Part shown: positions 30,001-45,000 of the stretch, one piece after another | Position numbering within the stretch: the first letter of the stretch is position 1 | How the letters are laid out: every line of letters starts with the position of its first letter | Assembly (NCBI GenBank): GCA_964016885.1 | Contig: OZ024741.1 | Location: forward strand, 367,350,001-367,414,000 | Direction: 5' to 3' | Source of the DNA: Eledone cirrhosa | Lineage: Eukaryota | Length of the DNA: 64,000 nt | The notes under the pieces: generated by a model | What the model was told of the DNA's origin: nothing | What the model saw: the letters and a program-made list of their open reading frames with translations, nothing else | Database searches by the model: none | Program-made: the position numbers and the translations under genes

Positions 30001-33000
30001 TCTGTCTGTGTATCTGTATGTGTATCTGTCTGTGTATCTGTATGTGTATCTGTATGTGTATCTGTCTGTGTATCTGTATGTGTATCTGTCTGTGTATCTG
30101 TCTGTGTATCTGTATATGTATCTGTCTGTGTTTCTGTATGTGTATCTGTCTGTGTATCTGTATGTGTATCTGTCTGTGTATCTGTATGTGTATCTGTCTG
30201 TGTTTCTGTATGTGTATCTGTATGTTTATCTGTATGTGTATCTGTCTGTGTATCTGTATCTGTATGTGTATCTGTATGTGTATCTGTATGTGTTTCTGTA
30301 TGTGTATCTGTATGTGTATCTGTCTGTGTATCTGTCTGTGTATCTGTATGTGTATCTGTCTGTGTGTATCTGTCTGTGTATCTGTATGTGTATCTGTCTG
30401 TGTCTCTGTCTGTGTCTCTGTCTGTGTATCTGTATGTGTATCTGTCTGTGTATCTGTATGTGTATCTGTATGTGTATCTGTATGTGTATCTGTATGTGTA
30501 TCTGTTTGTGTTTCTGTATGTGTATCTGTCTGTGTATCTGTATGTGTATCTGTCTGTGTCTCTGTCTGTGTCTCTGTCTGTGTCTCTGTCTGTGTATCTG
30601 TCTGTGTCTCTGTCTGTGTCTCTGTCTGTGTCTCTGTCTGTGTATCTGTCTGTGTATCTGTCTGTGTATCTGTATGTGTATCTGTCTGTGTATCTGTCTG
30701 TGTTTCTGTCTGTGTATCTGTATGTGTATCTGTCTGTGTCTCTGTCTGTGTCTCTGTCTGTGTCTCTGTCTGTGTATCTGTCTGTGTATCTGTCTGTGTA
30801 TCTGTCTGTGTATCTGTCTGTCTATTTGTCTGTGTATCTGTCTGTGTATCTGTCTGTGTATCTGTCTGTGTATCTGTATGTGTTTCTGTCTGTGTATCTG
30901 TATGTGTCTCTGTCTGTGTATCTGTATGTGTTTCTGTCTGTGTATCTGTCTGTGTTTCTGTCTGTGTATCTGTCTGTGTTTCTGTCTGTGTATCTGTCTG
31001 TGTTTCTGTCTGTGTATCTGTATGTGTCTCTGTCTGTGTATCTGTATGTGTTTCTGTCTGTGTATCTGTCTGTGTTTCTGTCTGTGTATCTGTCTGTGTA
31101 TCTGTCGGTGTATCTGTCTGTGTATCTGTCTGTGTATCTGTATGTGTATCTGTATGTGTATCTATCTGTGTATCTGTATGTGTATCTGTCTGTGTCTGTG
31201 TATCTGTCTGTGTATCTGTCTGTGTATCTGTCTGTGTATCTGTCTGTGTCTGTGTATCTGTCTGTGTATCTGTCTGTGTCTGTGTATCTGTCTGTGTATC
31301 TGTATGTGTATCTGTATGTGTCTCTGTCTGTGTATCTGTATGTGTTTCTGTCTGTGTATCTGTATGTGTATCTGTCTGTGTTTCTGTCTGTGTATCTGTC
31401 TGTGTCTCTGTCTGTGGCTCTGTCTGTGTATCTGTCTGTGTATCTGTCTGTGTATCTGTCTGTGTTTCTGTCTGTGTATCTGTATGTGTATCTGTCTGTG
31501 TTTCTGTCTGTGTATCTGTCTGTGTATCTGTCTGTGTCTCTGTCTGTGTATCTGTATGTGTATCTGTATGTGTATCTGTCTGTGTATCTGTCTGTGTTTC
31601 TGTCTGTGTATCTGTCTGTGTTTCTGTCTGTGTATCTGTATGTGTATCTGTCTGTGTATCTGTCTGTGTTTCTGTCTGTGTATCTGTCTGTGTATCTGTC
31701 TGTGTATCTGTCTGTGTATCTGTCTGTGTATCTGTCTGTGTTTCTGTCTGTGTATCTGTATGTGTATCTGTATGTGTATCTGTATGTGTATCTGTATGTG
31801 TATCTGTCTGTGTCTGTGTATCTGTCTGTGTATCTGTATGTGTATCTGTATGTGTCTCTGTCTGTGTATCTGTATGTGTTTCTGTCTGTGTATCTGTCTG
31901 TGTTTCTGTCTGTGTATCTGTCTGTGTATCTGTCTGTGTATCTGTCTGTGTATCTGTCTGTGTTTCTGTCTGTGTATCTGTATGTGTTTCTGTCTGTGTA
32001 TCTGTATGTGTCTCTGTCTGTGTATCTGTATGTGTTTCTGTCTGTGTATCTGTACGTGTCTCTGTCTGTGTATCTGTCTGTGTTCCTGTATATGTATCTG
32101 TCTGTGTATCTGTATGTGTATCTGTCTGTGTATCTGTTTTTGTATCTGTCTGTGTATATGTCTGTGTATCTGTCTGTGTCTCTGTCTGTGTCTCTGTCTT
32201 TGTCTCTGTCTGTGTATCTGTATGTATATATGTCTGTGTATCTGTCTGTGTCTCTGTCTGTGTCTCTGTCTGTGTCTCTGTCTGTGTATCCGTATGTGTA
32301 TCTGTCTGTGTATCTGTCTGTGTATCTGTCTGTGTATCTGTCTGTGTATCTGTATGTGTATCTGTCTGTGTATCTGTCTGTGTATCTGTCTGTGTATCTG
32401 TCTGTGTATCTGTCTGTGTCTCTGTCTCTGTCTGTGTATCTGTCTGTGTATCTGTCTGTGTATCTCTCTGTGTATCTGTCTGTGTATCTGTATGTGTATC
32501 TGTCTGTGTCTGTGTATCTGTCTGTGTATCTGTCTGTGTATCTGTCTGTGTTTCTGTCTGTGTATCTGTCTGTGTATCTGTCTGTGTCTCTGTCTGTGTA
32601 TCTGTATGTGTATCTGTATGTGTATCTGTCTGTGTATCTGTCTGTGTTTCTGTCTGTGTATCTGTCTGTGTTTCTGTCTGTGTATCTGTATGTGTATCTG
32701 TCTGTGTATCTGTCTGTGTTTCTGTCTGTGTATCTGTCTGTGTATCTGTCTGTGTCTCTGTCTGTGTATCTGTCTGTGTATCTGTCTGTGTATCTGTATG
32801 TGTATCTGTATGTGTCTCTGTCTGTGTATCTGTATGTGTTTCTGTCTGTGTATCTGTCTGTGCTTCTGTCTGTGTATCTGTCTGTGTATCTGTCTGTGTA
32901 TCTGTCTGTGTATCTGTCTGTGTATCTGTATGTGTCTCTGTCTGTGTATCTGTCTGTGTATCTGTATGTGTATCTGTCTGTGTATCTGTCTGTTTATCTG

Positions 33001-36000
33001 TCTGTGTATCTGTCTGTGTATCTGTATGTGTATCTGTCTGTGTATCTGTCTGTGTATCTGTCTGTGTATCTGTATGTGTCTCTGTCTGTGTTTCTGTCTG
33101 TGTATCTGTCTGTGTATCTGTCTGTGTATCTGTCTGTTTATCTGTCTGTGTATCTGTCTGTGTATCTGTCTGTGTATCTGTCTGTGTCTGTGTATCTGTC
33201 TGTGTATCTGTATGTGTTTCTGTCTGTGTATCTGTATGTGTTTCTGTCTGTGTATCTGTATGTGTCTCTGTCTGTGTATCTGTATGTGTTTCTGTCTGTG
33301 TATCTGTCTGTGTTTCTGTCTGTGTATCTGTCTGTGTTTCTGTCTGTGTATCTGTCTGTGTTTCTGTCTGTGTATCTGTATGTGTCTCTGTCTGTGTATC
33401 TGTATGTGTTTCTGTCTGTGTATCTGTCTGTGTTTCTGTCTGTGTATCTGTCTGTGTATCTGTCGGTGTATCTCTCTGTGTTTCTGTCTGTGTATCTGTA
33501 TGTGTCTCTGTATGTGTATCTGTCTGTGTATCTGTATGTGTATCTGTCTGTGTCTGTGTATCTGTCTGTGTATCTGTCTGTGTATCTGTCTGTGTTTCTG
33601 TCTGTGTATCTGTCTGTGTATCTGTCTGTGTATCTGTATGTGTATCTGTCTGTGTATCTGTATGTGTATCTGCCTGTGTTTCTGTATGTGTATCTGTATG
33701 TGTATCTGTCTGTGTATCTGTATGTGTATCTGTCTGTGTATCTGTATGTGTATCTGTATGTGTATCTGTCTGTGTATCTGTATGTGTATCTGTCTGTCTA
33801 TCTGTCTGTGTATCTGTATGTGTATCTGTCTGTGTTTCTGTATGTGTATCTGTCTGTGTATCTGTATGTGTATCTGTCTGTGTTTCTGTATGTGTATCTG
33901 TATGTGTATCTGTCTGTGTATCTGTCTGTGTATCTGTCTGTGTATCTGTATGTGTATCTGTATGTGTATCTGTATGTGTTTCTGTATGTGTATCTGTATG
34001 TGTATCTGTCTGTGTATCTGTCTGTGTATCTGTATGTGTATCTGTCTGTGTCTCTGTCTGTGTCTCTGTCTGTGTCTCTGTCTGTGTATCTGTATGTGTA
34101 TCTGTCCGTGTATCTGTCTGTGTTTCTGTCTGTGTATCTGTATGTGTATCTGTATGTGTCTCTGTCTGTGTCTCTGTCTGTGTCTCTGTCTGTGTCTCTG
34201 TCTGTGTATCTGTATGTGTATCTGTCTGTGTATCTGTATGTGTATCTGTATGTGTATCTGTCTGTGTATCTGTATGTGTATCTGTCTGTGTATCTGTATG
34301 TGTATCTGTATGTGTATGTGTCTGTGTATCTGTATGTGTATCTGTCTGTGTATCTGTCTGTGTATCTGTATGTGTATCTGTCTGTGTTTCTGTCTGTGTA
34401 TCTGTCTGTGTATCTGTATGTGTATCTGTCTGTGTATCTGTATGTGTATCTGTCTGTGTTTCTGTATGTGTATCTGTATGTTTATCTGTATGTGTATCTG
34501 TCTGTGTATCTGTATGTGTATCTGTATGTGTATCTGTATGTGTTTCTGTATGTGTATCTGTATGTGTATCTGTCTGTGTATCTGTCTGTGTATCTGTATG
34601 TGTATCTGTCTGTGTGTATCTGTCTGTGTATCTGTATTTGTATCTGTCTGTGTCTCTGTCTGTGTCTCTGTCTGTGTATCTGTATGTGTATCTGTCTGTG
34701 TATCTGTATGTGTATCTGTATGTGTATCTGTTTGTGTTTCTGTATGTGTATCTGTCTGTGTATCTGTATGTGTATCTGTCTGTGTCTCTGTCTGTGTCTC
34801 TGTCTGTGTCTCTGTCTGTGTATCTGTCTGTGTCTCTGTCTGTGTCTCTGTCTGTGTCTCTGTCTGTGTATCTGTCTGTGTATCTGTCTGTGTATCTGTA
34901 TGTGTATCTGTCTGTGTATCTGTCTGTGTTTCTGTCTGTGTATCTGTATGTGTATCTGTCTGTGTATCTGTATGTGTCTCTGTCTGTGTCTCTGTCTGTG
35001 TATCTGTCTGTGTATCTGTCTGTGTATCTGTTTGTGTTTCTGTCTGTGTATCTGTATGTGTATCTGTCTGTGTTTCTGTCTGTGTATCTGTCTGTGTATC
35101 TGTCTGTGTCTCTGTCTGTGTATCTGTATGTGTATCTGTATGTGTATCTGTCTGTGTATCTGTCTGTGTCTCTGTCTGTGTATCTGTATGTGTATCTGTA
35201 TGTGTATCTGTCTGTGTATCTGTCTGTGTATCTGTCTGTGTATCTGTCTGTGTTTCTGTATGTGTATCTGTCTGTGTATCTGTATGTGTATCTGTCTGTG
35301 TTTCTGTATGTGTATCTGTATGTGTATCTGTCTGTGTATCTGTATGTGTATCTGTCTGTGAATCTGTATGTGTATCTGTATGTGTATCTGTCTGTGTATC
35401 TGTATGTGTATCTGTCTGTGTATCTGTATGTGTATCTGTATGTGTATCTGTATGTGTATCTGTATGTGTATCTGTCTGTGTATCTGTCTGTGTATCTGTA
35501 TGTGTATCTGTCTGTGTATCTGTATGTGTATCTGTCTGTGTTTCTCTATGTGTATCTGTCTGTGTATCTGTATGTGTATCTGTCTGCGTATCTGTCTGTG
35601 TATCTGTCTGTGTATCTGTCTGTGTATCTGTCTGTGTATCTGTCTGTGTTTCTGTATGTGTATCTGTATGTGTATCTGTCTGTGTATCTGTATGTGTATC
35701 TGTCTGTGTATCTGTATGTTTATCTGTATGTGTATCTGTCTGTGTATCTGTCTGTGTATCTGTCTGTGTATCTGTCTGTGTTTCTGTATGTGTATCTGTA
35801 TGTGTATCTGTCTGTGTATCTGTATGTTTATCTGTATGTGTATCTGTATGTGTTTCTGTATGTGTATCTGTATGTGTATCTGTCAGTGTATCTGTCTGTG
35901 TATCTGTATGTGTATCTGTCTGTGTGTATCTGTCTGTGTATCTGTCTGTGTATCTGTCTGTGTATCTGTCTGTGTATCTGTATGTGTATCTGTCTGTGTA

Positions 36001-39000
36001 TCCCTCTGTGTATCTGTCTGTGTATCTGTCTGTGTATCTGTATGTGTATCTGTATGTGTATCTGTATGTGTATCTGTCTGTGTATCTGTATGTGTATCTG
36101 TCTGTGTATCTGTATGTGTATCTGTCTGTGTATCTGTCTGTGTATCTGTATGTGTATCTGTCTGTGTATCTGTCTGTGTGTATGTCTGTGTCTCTGTCTG
36201 TGTCTCTGTCTGTGTCTGTGTATCTGTCTGTGTATCTGTATGTGTATCTGTATGTGTATCTGTCTGTGTATCTGTATGTGTATCTGTCTGTGTATCTGTC
36301 TGTGTATCTGTATGTGTATCTGTCTGTGTATCTGTCTGTGTGTCTGTCTGTGTCTCTGTCTGTGTCTCTGTCTGTGTCTGTGTATCTGTCTGTGTATCTG
36401 TCTGTGTTTCTGTCTGTGTATCTGTCTGTGTATCTGTCTGTGTATCTGTCTGTGTATCTGTATGTGTATCTGTCTATGTATCTGTCTGTGTTTCTGTATG
36501 TGTATCTGTCTGTGTATCTGTCTGTGTATCTTTATGTGTATCTGTCTGTGTATCTGTCTGTGTATCTGTATGTGTATCTGTATGTGTATCTGTCTGTGTA
36601 TCTGTCTGTGTATCTGTATGTGTATCTGTCTGTGTATCTGTATGTGTATCTGTCTGTGTATCTGTCTGTGTATCTGTCTGTGTATCTGTCTGTGTATCTG
36701 TCTGTGTTTCTGTATGTGTATCTGTATGTGTATCTGTCTGTGTATCTGTCTGTGTATCTGTCTGTGTATCTGTATGTGTATCTGTCTGTGTATCTGTATG
36801 TGTATCTGTCTGTGTTTCTGTATGTGTATCTGTCTGTGTATCTGTATGTGTATCTGCCTGTGTTTCTGTATGTGTATCTGTATGTGTATCTGTCTGTGTA
36901 TCTGTATGTGTATCTGTCTGTGTATCTGTATGTGTATCTGTATGTGTATCTGTCTGTGTATCTGTATGTGTATCTGTCTGTCTATCTGTCTGTGTATCTG
37001 TATGTGTATCTGTCTGTGTTTCTGTATGTGTATCTGTCTGTGTATCTGTATGTGTATCTGTCTGTGTTTCTGTATGTGTATCCCGTATGTGTATCTGTCT
37101 GTGTATCTGTATGTGTATCTGTCTGTGTATCTGTATGTGTATCTGTATGTGTATCTGTATGTGTTTCTGTATGTGTATCTGTATGTGTATCTGTCTGTGT
37201 ATCTGTCTGTGTATCTGTATGTGCATCAGTCTGTGTCTCTGTCTGTGTCTCTGTCTGTGTCTCTGTCTGTGTATCTCTATGTGTATCTGTCCGTGTATCT
37301 GTCTGTGTTTCTGTCTGTGTATCTGTATGTGTATCTGTATGTGTCTCTGTCTGTGTCTCTGTCTGTGTCTCTGTCTGTGTCTCTGTCTGTGTATCTGTAT
37401 GTGTATCTGTCTGTGTATCTGTATGTGTATCTGTATGTGTATCTGTCTGTGTATCTGTATGTGTATCTGTCTGTGTATCTGTATGTGTATCTGTATGTGT
37501 ATCTGTCTGTGTATCTGTATGTGTATCTGTCTGTGTATCTGTCTGTGTATCTGTATGTGTATCTGTCTGTGTTTCTGTATGTGTATCTGTCTGTGTATCT
37601 GTATGTGTATCTGTCTGTGTATCTGTATGTGTATCTGTCTGTGTTTCTGTATGTGTATCTGTATGTTTATCTGTATGTGTATCTGTCTGTGTATCTGTAT
37701 CTGTATGTGTATCTGTATGTGTATCTGTATGTGTTTCTGTATGTGTATCTGTATGTGTATCTGTCTGTGTATCTGTCTGTGTATCTGTATGTGTATCTGT
37801 CTGTGTGTATCTGTCTGTGTATCTGTATGTGTATCTGTCTGTGTCTCTGTCTGTGTCTCTGTCTGTGTATCTGTATGTGTATCTGTCTGTGTATCTGTAT
37901 GTGTATCTGTATGTGTATCTGTATGTGTATCTGTATGTGTATCTGTTTGTGTTTCTGTATGTGTATCTGTCTGTGTATCTGTATGTGTATCTGTCTGTGT
38001 CTCTGTCTGTGTCTCTGTCTGTGTCTCTGTCTGTGTATCTGTCTGTGTCTCTGTCTGTGTCTCTGTCTGTGTCTCTGTCTGTGTATCTGTCTGTGTATCT
38101 GTCTGTGTATCTGTATGTGTATCTGTCTGTGTATCTGTCTGTGTTTCTGTCTGTGTATCTGTATGTGTATCTGTCTGTGTCTCTGTCTGTGTCTCTGTCT
38201 GTGTCTCTGTCTGTGTATCTGTCTGTGTATCTGTCTGTGTATCTGTCTGTGTATCTGTCTGTCTATTTGTCTGTGTATCTGTCTGTGTATCTGTCTTTGT
38301 ATCTGTCTGTGTATCTGTATGTGTTTCTGTCTGTGTATCTGTATGTGTCTCTGTCTGTGTATCTGTATGTGTTTCTGTCTGTGTATCTGTCTGTGTTTCT
38401 GTCTGTGTATCTGTCTGTGTTTCTGTCTGTGTATCTGTCTGTGTTTCTGTCTGTGTATCTGTATGTGTCTCTGTCTGTGTATCTGTATGTGTTTCTGTCT
38501 GTGTATCTGTCTGTGTTTCTGTCTGTGTATCTGTCTGTGTATCTGTCGGTGTATCTGTCTGTGTATCTGTCTGTGTATCTGTATGTGTATCTGTATGTGT
38601 ATCTGTCTGTGTATCTGTATGTGTATCTGTCTGTGTCTGTGTATCTGTCTGTGTATCTGTCTGTGTATCTGTCTGTGTATCTGTCTGTGTCTGTGTATCT
38701 GTCTGTGTATCTGTCTGTGTCTGTGTATCTGTCTGTGTATCTGTATGTGTATCTGTATGTGTCTCTGTCTGTGTATCTGTATGTGTTTCTGTCTGTGTAT
38801 CTGTATGTGTATCTGTCTGTGTTTCTGTCTGTGTATCTGTCTGTGTCTCTGTCTGTGGCTCTGTCTGTGTATCTGTCTGTGTATCTGTCTGTGTATCTGT
38901 CTGTGTTTCTGTCTGTGTATCTGTATGTGTATCTGTCTGTGTTTCTGTCTGTGTATCTGTCTGTGTATCTGTCTGTGTCTCTGTCTGTGTATCTGTATGT

Positions 39001-42000
39001 GTATCTGTATGTGTATCTGTCTGTGTATCTGTCTGTGTTTCTGTCTGTGTATCTGTCTGTGTTTCTGTCTGTGTATCTGTATGTGTATCTGTCTGTGTAT
39101 CTGTCTGTGTTTCTGTCTGTGTATCTGTCTGTGTATCTGTCTGTGTATCTGTCTGTGTATCTGTCTGTGTATCTGTCTGTGTTTCTGTCTGTGTATCTGT
39201 ATGTGTATCTGTATGTGTATCTGTATGTGTATCTGTATGTGTATCTGTCTGTGTCTGTGTATCTGTCTGTGTATCTGTATGTGTATCTGTATGTGTATCT
39301 GTATGTGTATCTGTTTGTGTTTCTGTATGTGTATCTGTCTGTGTATCTGTATGTGTATCTGTCTGTGTCTCTGTCTGTGTCTCTGTCTGTGTCTCTGTCT
39401 GTGTATCTGTCTGTGTCTCTGTCTGTGTCTCTGTCTGTGTCTCTGTCTGTGTATCTGTCTGTGTATCTGTCTGTGTATCTGTATGTGTATCTGTCTGTGT
39501 ATCTGTCTGTGTTTCTGTCTGTGTATCTGTATGTGTATCTGTCTGTGTCTCTGTCTGTGTCTCTGTCTGTGTCTCTGTCTGTGTATCTGTCTGTGTATCT
39601 GTCTGTGTATCTGTCTGTGTATCTGTCTGTCTATTTGTCTGTGTATCTGTCTGTGTATCTGTCTTTGTATCTGTCTGTGTATCTGTATGTGTTTCTGTCT
39701 GTGTATCTGTATGTGTCTCTGTCTGTGTATCTGTATGTGTTTCTGTCTGTGTATCTGTCTGTGTTTCTGTCTGTGTATCTGTCTGTGTTTCTGTCTGTGT
39801 ATCTGTCTGTGTTTCTGTCTGTGTATCTGTATGTGTCTCTGTCTGTGTATCTGTATGTGTTTCTGTCTGTGTATCTGTCTGTGTTTCTGTCTGTGTATCT
39901 GTCTGTGTATCTGTCGGTGTATCTGTCTGTGTATCTGTCTGTGTATCTGTATGTGTATCTGTATGTGTATCTGTCTGTGTATCTGTATGTGTATCTGTCT
40001 GTGTCTGTGTATCTGTCTGTGTATCTGTCTGTGTATCTGTCTGTGTATCTGTCTGTGTCTGTGTATCTGTCTGTGTATCTGTCTGTGTCTGTGTATCTGT
40101 CTGTGTATCTGTATGTGTATCTGTATGTGTCTCTGTCTGTGTATCTGTATGTGTTTCTGTCTGTGTATCTGTATGTGTATCTGTCTGTGTTTCTGTCTGT
40201 GTATCTGTCTGTGTCTCTGTCTGTGGCTCTGTCTGTGTATCTGTCTGTGTATCTGTCTGTGTATCTGTCTGTGTTTCTGTCTGTGTATCTGTATGTGTAT
40301 CTGTCTGTGTTTCTGTCTGTGTATCTGTCTGTGTATCTGTCTGTGTCTCTGTCTGTGTATCTGTATGTGTATCTGTATGTGTATCTGTCTGTGTATCTGT
40401 CTGTGTTTCTGTCTGTGTATCTGTCTGTGTTTCTGTCTGTGTATCTGTATGTGTATCTGTCTGTGTATCTGTCTGTGTTTCTGTCTGTGTATCTGTCTGT
40501 GTATCTGTCTGTGTATCTGTCTGTGTATCTGTCTGTGTATCTGTCTGTGTTTCTGTCTGTGTATCTGTATGTGTATCTGTATGTGTATCTGTATGTGTAT
40601 CTGTATGTGTATCTGTCTGTGTCTGTGTATCTGTCTGTGTATCTGTATGTGTATCTGTATGTGTCTCTGTCTGTGTATCTGTATGTGTTTCTGTCTGTGT
40701 ATCTGTCTGTGTTTCTGTCTGTGTATCTGTCTGTGTATCTGTCTGTGTATCTGTCTGTGTATCTGTCTGTGTTTCTGTCTGTGTATCTGTATGTGTTTCT
40801 GTCTGTGTATCTGTATGTGTCTCTGTCTGTGTATCTGTATGTGTTTCTGTCTGTGTATCTGTACGTGTCTCTGTCTGTGTATCTGTCTGTGTTCCTGTAT
40901 ATGTATCTGTCTGTGTATCTGTATGTGTATCTGTCTGTGTATCTGTTTTTGTATCTGTCTGTGTATATGTCTGTGTATCTGTCTGTGTCTCTGTCTGTGT
41001 CTCTGTCTTTGTCTCTGTCTGTGTATCTGTATGTATATATGTCTGTGTATCTGTCTGTGTCTCTGTCTGTGTCTCTGTCTGTGTCTCTGTCTGTGTATCC
41101 GTATGTGTATCTGTCTGTGTATCTGTCTGTGTATCTGTCTGTGTATCTGTCTGTGTATCTGTATGTGTATCTGTCTGTGTATCTGTCTGTGTATCTGTCT
41201 GTGTATCTGTCTGTGTATCTGTCTGTGTCTCTGTCTCTGTCTGTGTATCTGTCTGTGTATCTGTCTGTGTATCTGTCTGTGTATCTCTCTGTGTATCTGT
41301 CTGTGTATCTGTATGTGTATCTGTCTGTGCCTGTGTATCTGTCTGTGTATCTGTCTGTGTATCTGTCTGTGTTTCTGTCTGTGTATCTGTCTGTGTATCT
41401 GTCTGTGTCTCTGTCTGTGTATCTGTATGTGTATCTGTATGTGTATCTGTCTGTGTATCTGTCTGTGTTTCTGTCTGTGTATCTGTCTGTGTTTCTGTCT
41501 GTGTATCTGTATGTGTATCTGTCTGTGTATCTGTCTGTGTTTCTGTCTGTGTATCTGTCTGTGTATCTGTCTGTGTCTCTGTCTGTGTATCTGTCTGTGT
41601 ATCTGTCTGTGTATCTGTATGTGTATCTGTATGTGTCTCTGTCTGTGTATCTGTATGTGTTTCTGTCTGTGTATCTGTCTGTGCTTCTGTCTGTGTATCT
41701 GTCTGTGTATCTGTCTGTGTATCTGTCTGTGTATCTGTCTGTGTATCTGTATGTGTCTCTGTCTGTGTATCTGTCTGTGTATCTGTATGTGTATCTGTCT
41801 GTGTATCTGTCTGTTTATCTGTCTGTGTATCTGTCTGTGTATCTGTATGTGTATCTGTCTGTGTATCTGTCTGTGTATCTGTCTGTGTATCTGTATGTGT
41901 CTCTGTCTGTGTTTCTGTCTGTGTATCTGTCTGTGTATCTGTCTGTGTATCTGTCTGTTTATCTGTCTGTGTATCTGTCTGTGTATCTGTCTGTGTATCT

Positions 42001-45000
42001 GTCTGTGTCTGTGTATCTGTCTGTGTATCTGTATGTGTTTCTGTCTGTGTATCTGTATGTGTTTCTGTCTGTGTATCTGTATGTGTCTCTGTCTGTGTAT
42101 CTGTATGTGTTTCTGTCTGTGTATCTGTCTGTGTTTCTGTCTGTGTATCTGTCTGTGTTTCTGTCTGTGTATCTGTCTGTGTTTCTGTCTGTGTATCTGT
42201 ATGTGTCTCTGTCTGTGTATCTGTATGTGTTTCTGTCTGTGTATCTGTCTGTGTTTCTGTCTGTGTATCTGTCTGTGTATCTGTCGGTGTATCTCTCTGT
42301 GTTTCTGTCTGTGTATCTGTATGTGTCTCTGTATGTGTATCTGTCTGTGTATCTGTATGTGTATCTGTCTGTGTCTGTGTATCTGTCTGTGTATCTGTCT
42401 GTGTATCTGTCTGTGTTTCTGTCTGTGTATCTGTCTGTGTATCTGTCTGTGTATCTGTATGTGTATCTGTCTGTGTATCTGTATGTGTATCTGCCTGTGT
42501 TTCTGTATGTGTATCTGTATGTGTATCTGTCTGTGTATCTGTATGTGTATCTGTCTGTGTATCTGTATGTGTATCTGTATGTGTATCTGTCTGTGTATCT
42601 GTATGTGTATCTGTCTGTCTATCTGTCTGTGTATCTGTATGTGTATCTGTCTGTGTTTCTGTATGTGTATCTGTCTGTGTATCTGTATGTGTATCTGTCT
42701 GTGTTTCTGTATGTGTATCTGTATGTGTATCTGTCTGTGTATCTGTCTGTGTATCTGTCTGTGTATCTGTATGTGTATCTGTATGTGTATCTGTATGTGT
42801 TTCTGTATGTGTATCTGTATGTGTATCTGTCTGTGTATCTGTCTGTGTATCTGTATGTGTATCTGTCTGTGTCTCTGTCTGTGTCTCTGTCTGTGTCTCT
42901 GTCTGTGTATCTGTATGTGTATCTGTCCGTGTATCTGTCTGTGTTTCTGTCTGTGTATCTGTATGTGTATCTGTATGTGTCTCTGTCTGTGTCTCTGTCT
43001 GTGTCTCTGTCTGTGTCTCTGTCTGTGTATCTGTATGTGTATCTGTCTGTGTATCTGTATGTGTATCTGTATGTGTATCTGTCTGTGTATCTGTATGTGT
43101 ATCTGTCTGTGTATCTGTATGTGTATCTGTATGTGTATGTGTCTGTGTATCTGTATGTGTATCTGTCTGTGTATCTGTCTGTGTATCTGTATGTGTATCT
43201 GTCTGTGTTTCTGTCTGTGTATCTGTCTGTGTATCTGTATGTGTATCTGTCTGTGTATCTGTATGTGTATCTGTCTGTGTTTCTGTATGTGTATCTGTAT
43301 GTTTATCTGTATGTGTATCTGTCTGTGTATCTGTATGTGTATCTGTATGTGTATCTGTATGTGTTTCTGTATGTGTATCTGTATGTGTATCTGTCTGTGT
43401 ATCTGTCTGTGTATCTGTATGTGTATCTGTCTGTGTGTATCTGTCTGTGTATCTGTATTTGTATCTGTCTGTGTCTCTGTCTGTGTCTCTGTCTGTGTAT
43501 CTGTATGTGTATCTGTCTGTGTATCTGTATGTGTATCTGTATGTGTATCTGTTTGTGTTTCTGTATGTGTATCTGTCTGTGTATCTGTATGTGTATCTGT
43601 CTGTGTCTCTGTCTGTGTCTCTGTCTGTGTCTCTGTCTGTGTATCTGTCTGTGTCTCTGTCTGTGTCTCTGTCTGTGTCTCTGTCTGTGTATCTGTCTGT
43701 GTATCTGTCTGTGTATCTGTATGTGTATCTGTCTGTGTATCTGTCTGTGTTTCTGTCTGTGTATCTGTATGTGTATCTGTCTGTGTATCTGTATGTGTCT
43801 CTGTCTGTGTCTCTGTCTGTGTATCTGTCTGTGTATCTGTCTGTGTATCTGTCTGTGTATCTGTCTGTCTATTTGTCTGTGTATCTGTCTGTGTATCTGT
43901 CTGTGTATCTGTCTGTGTATCTGTATGTGTTTCTGTCTGTGTATCTGTATGTGTCTCTATCTGTGTATCTGTATGTGTTTCTGTCTGTGTATCTGTCTGT
44001 GTTTCTGTCTGTGTATCTGTCTGTGTTTCTGTCTGTGTATCTGTCTGTGTTTCTGTCTGTGTATCTGTATGTGTCTCTGTCTGTGTATCTGTATGTGTTT
44101 CTGTCTGTGTATCTGTCTGTGTTTCTGTCTGTGTATCTGTCTGTGTATCTGTCGGTGTATCTGTCTGTGTATCTGTCTGTGTATCTGTATGTGTATCTGT
44201 CTGTGTCTGTGTATCTGTCTGTGTATCTGTCTGTGTATCTGTCTGTGTATCTGTCTGTGTCTGTGTATCTGTCTGTGTATCTGTCTGTGTCTGTGTATCT
44301 GTCTGTGTATCTGTATGTGTATCTGTATGTGTCTCTGTCTGTGTATCTGTATGTGTTTCTGTGTGTGTATCTGTATGTGTATCTGTCTGTGTTTCTGTCT
44401 GTGTATCTGTCTGTGTCTCTGTCTGTGTCTCTGTCTGTGTATCTGTCTGTGTATCTGTCTGTGTATCTGTCTGTGTATCTGTCTGTGTTTCTGTCTGTGT
44501 ATCTGTATGTGTATCTGTCTGTGTTTCTGTCTGTGTATCTGTCTGTGTATCTGTCTGTTTCTCTGTCTGTGTATCTGTATGTGTATCTGTATGTGTATCT
44601 GTCTGTGTATCTGTCTGTGTTTCTGTCTGTGTATCTGTCTGTGTTTCTGTCTGTGTATCTGTATGTGTATCTGTCTGTGTATCTGTCTGTGTTTCTGTCT
44701 GTGTATCTGTCTGTGTATCTGTCTGTGTATCTGTCTGTGTATCTGTCTGTGTATCTGTCTGTGTATCTGTCTGTGTTTCTGTCTGTGTATCTGTATGTGT
44801 AGCTGTATGTGTATCTGTATGTGTATCTGTATGTTTATCTGTCTGTGTCTGTGTATCTGTCTGTGTATCTGTATGTGTATCTGTATGTGTCTCTGTCTGT
44901 GTATCTGTATGTGTTTCTGTCTGTGTATCTGTCTGTGTTTCTGTCTGTGTATCTGTCTGTGTATCTGTCTGTGTATCTGTCTGTGTATCTGTCTGTGTTT

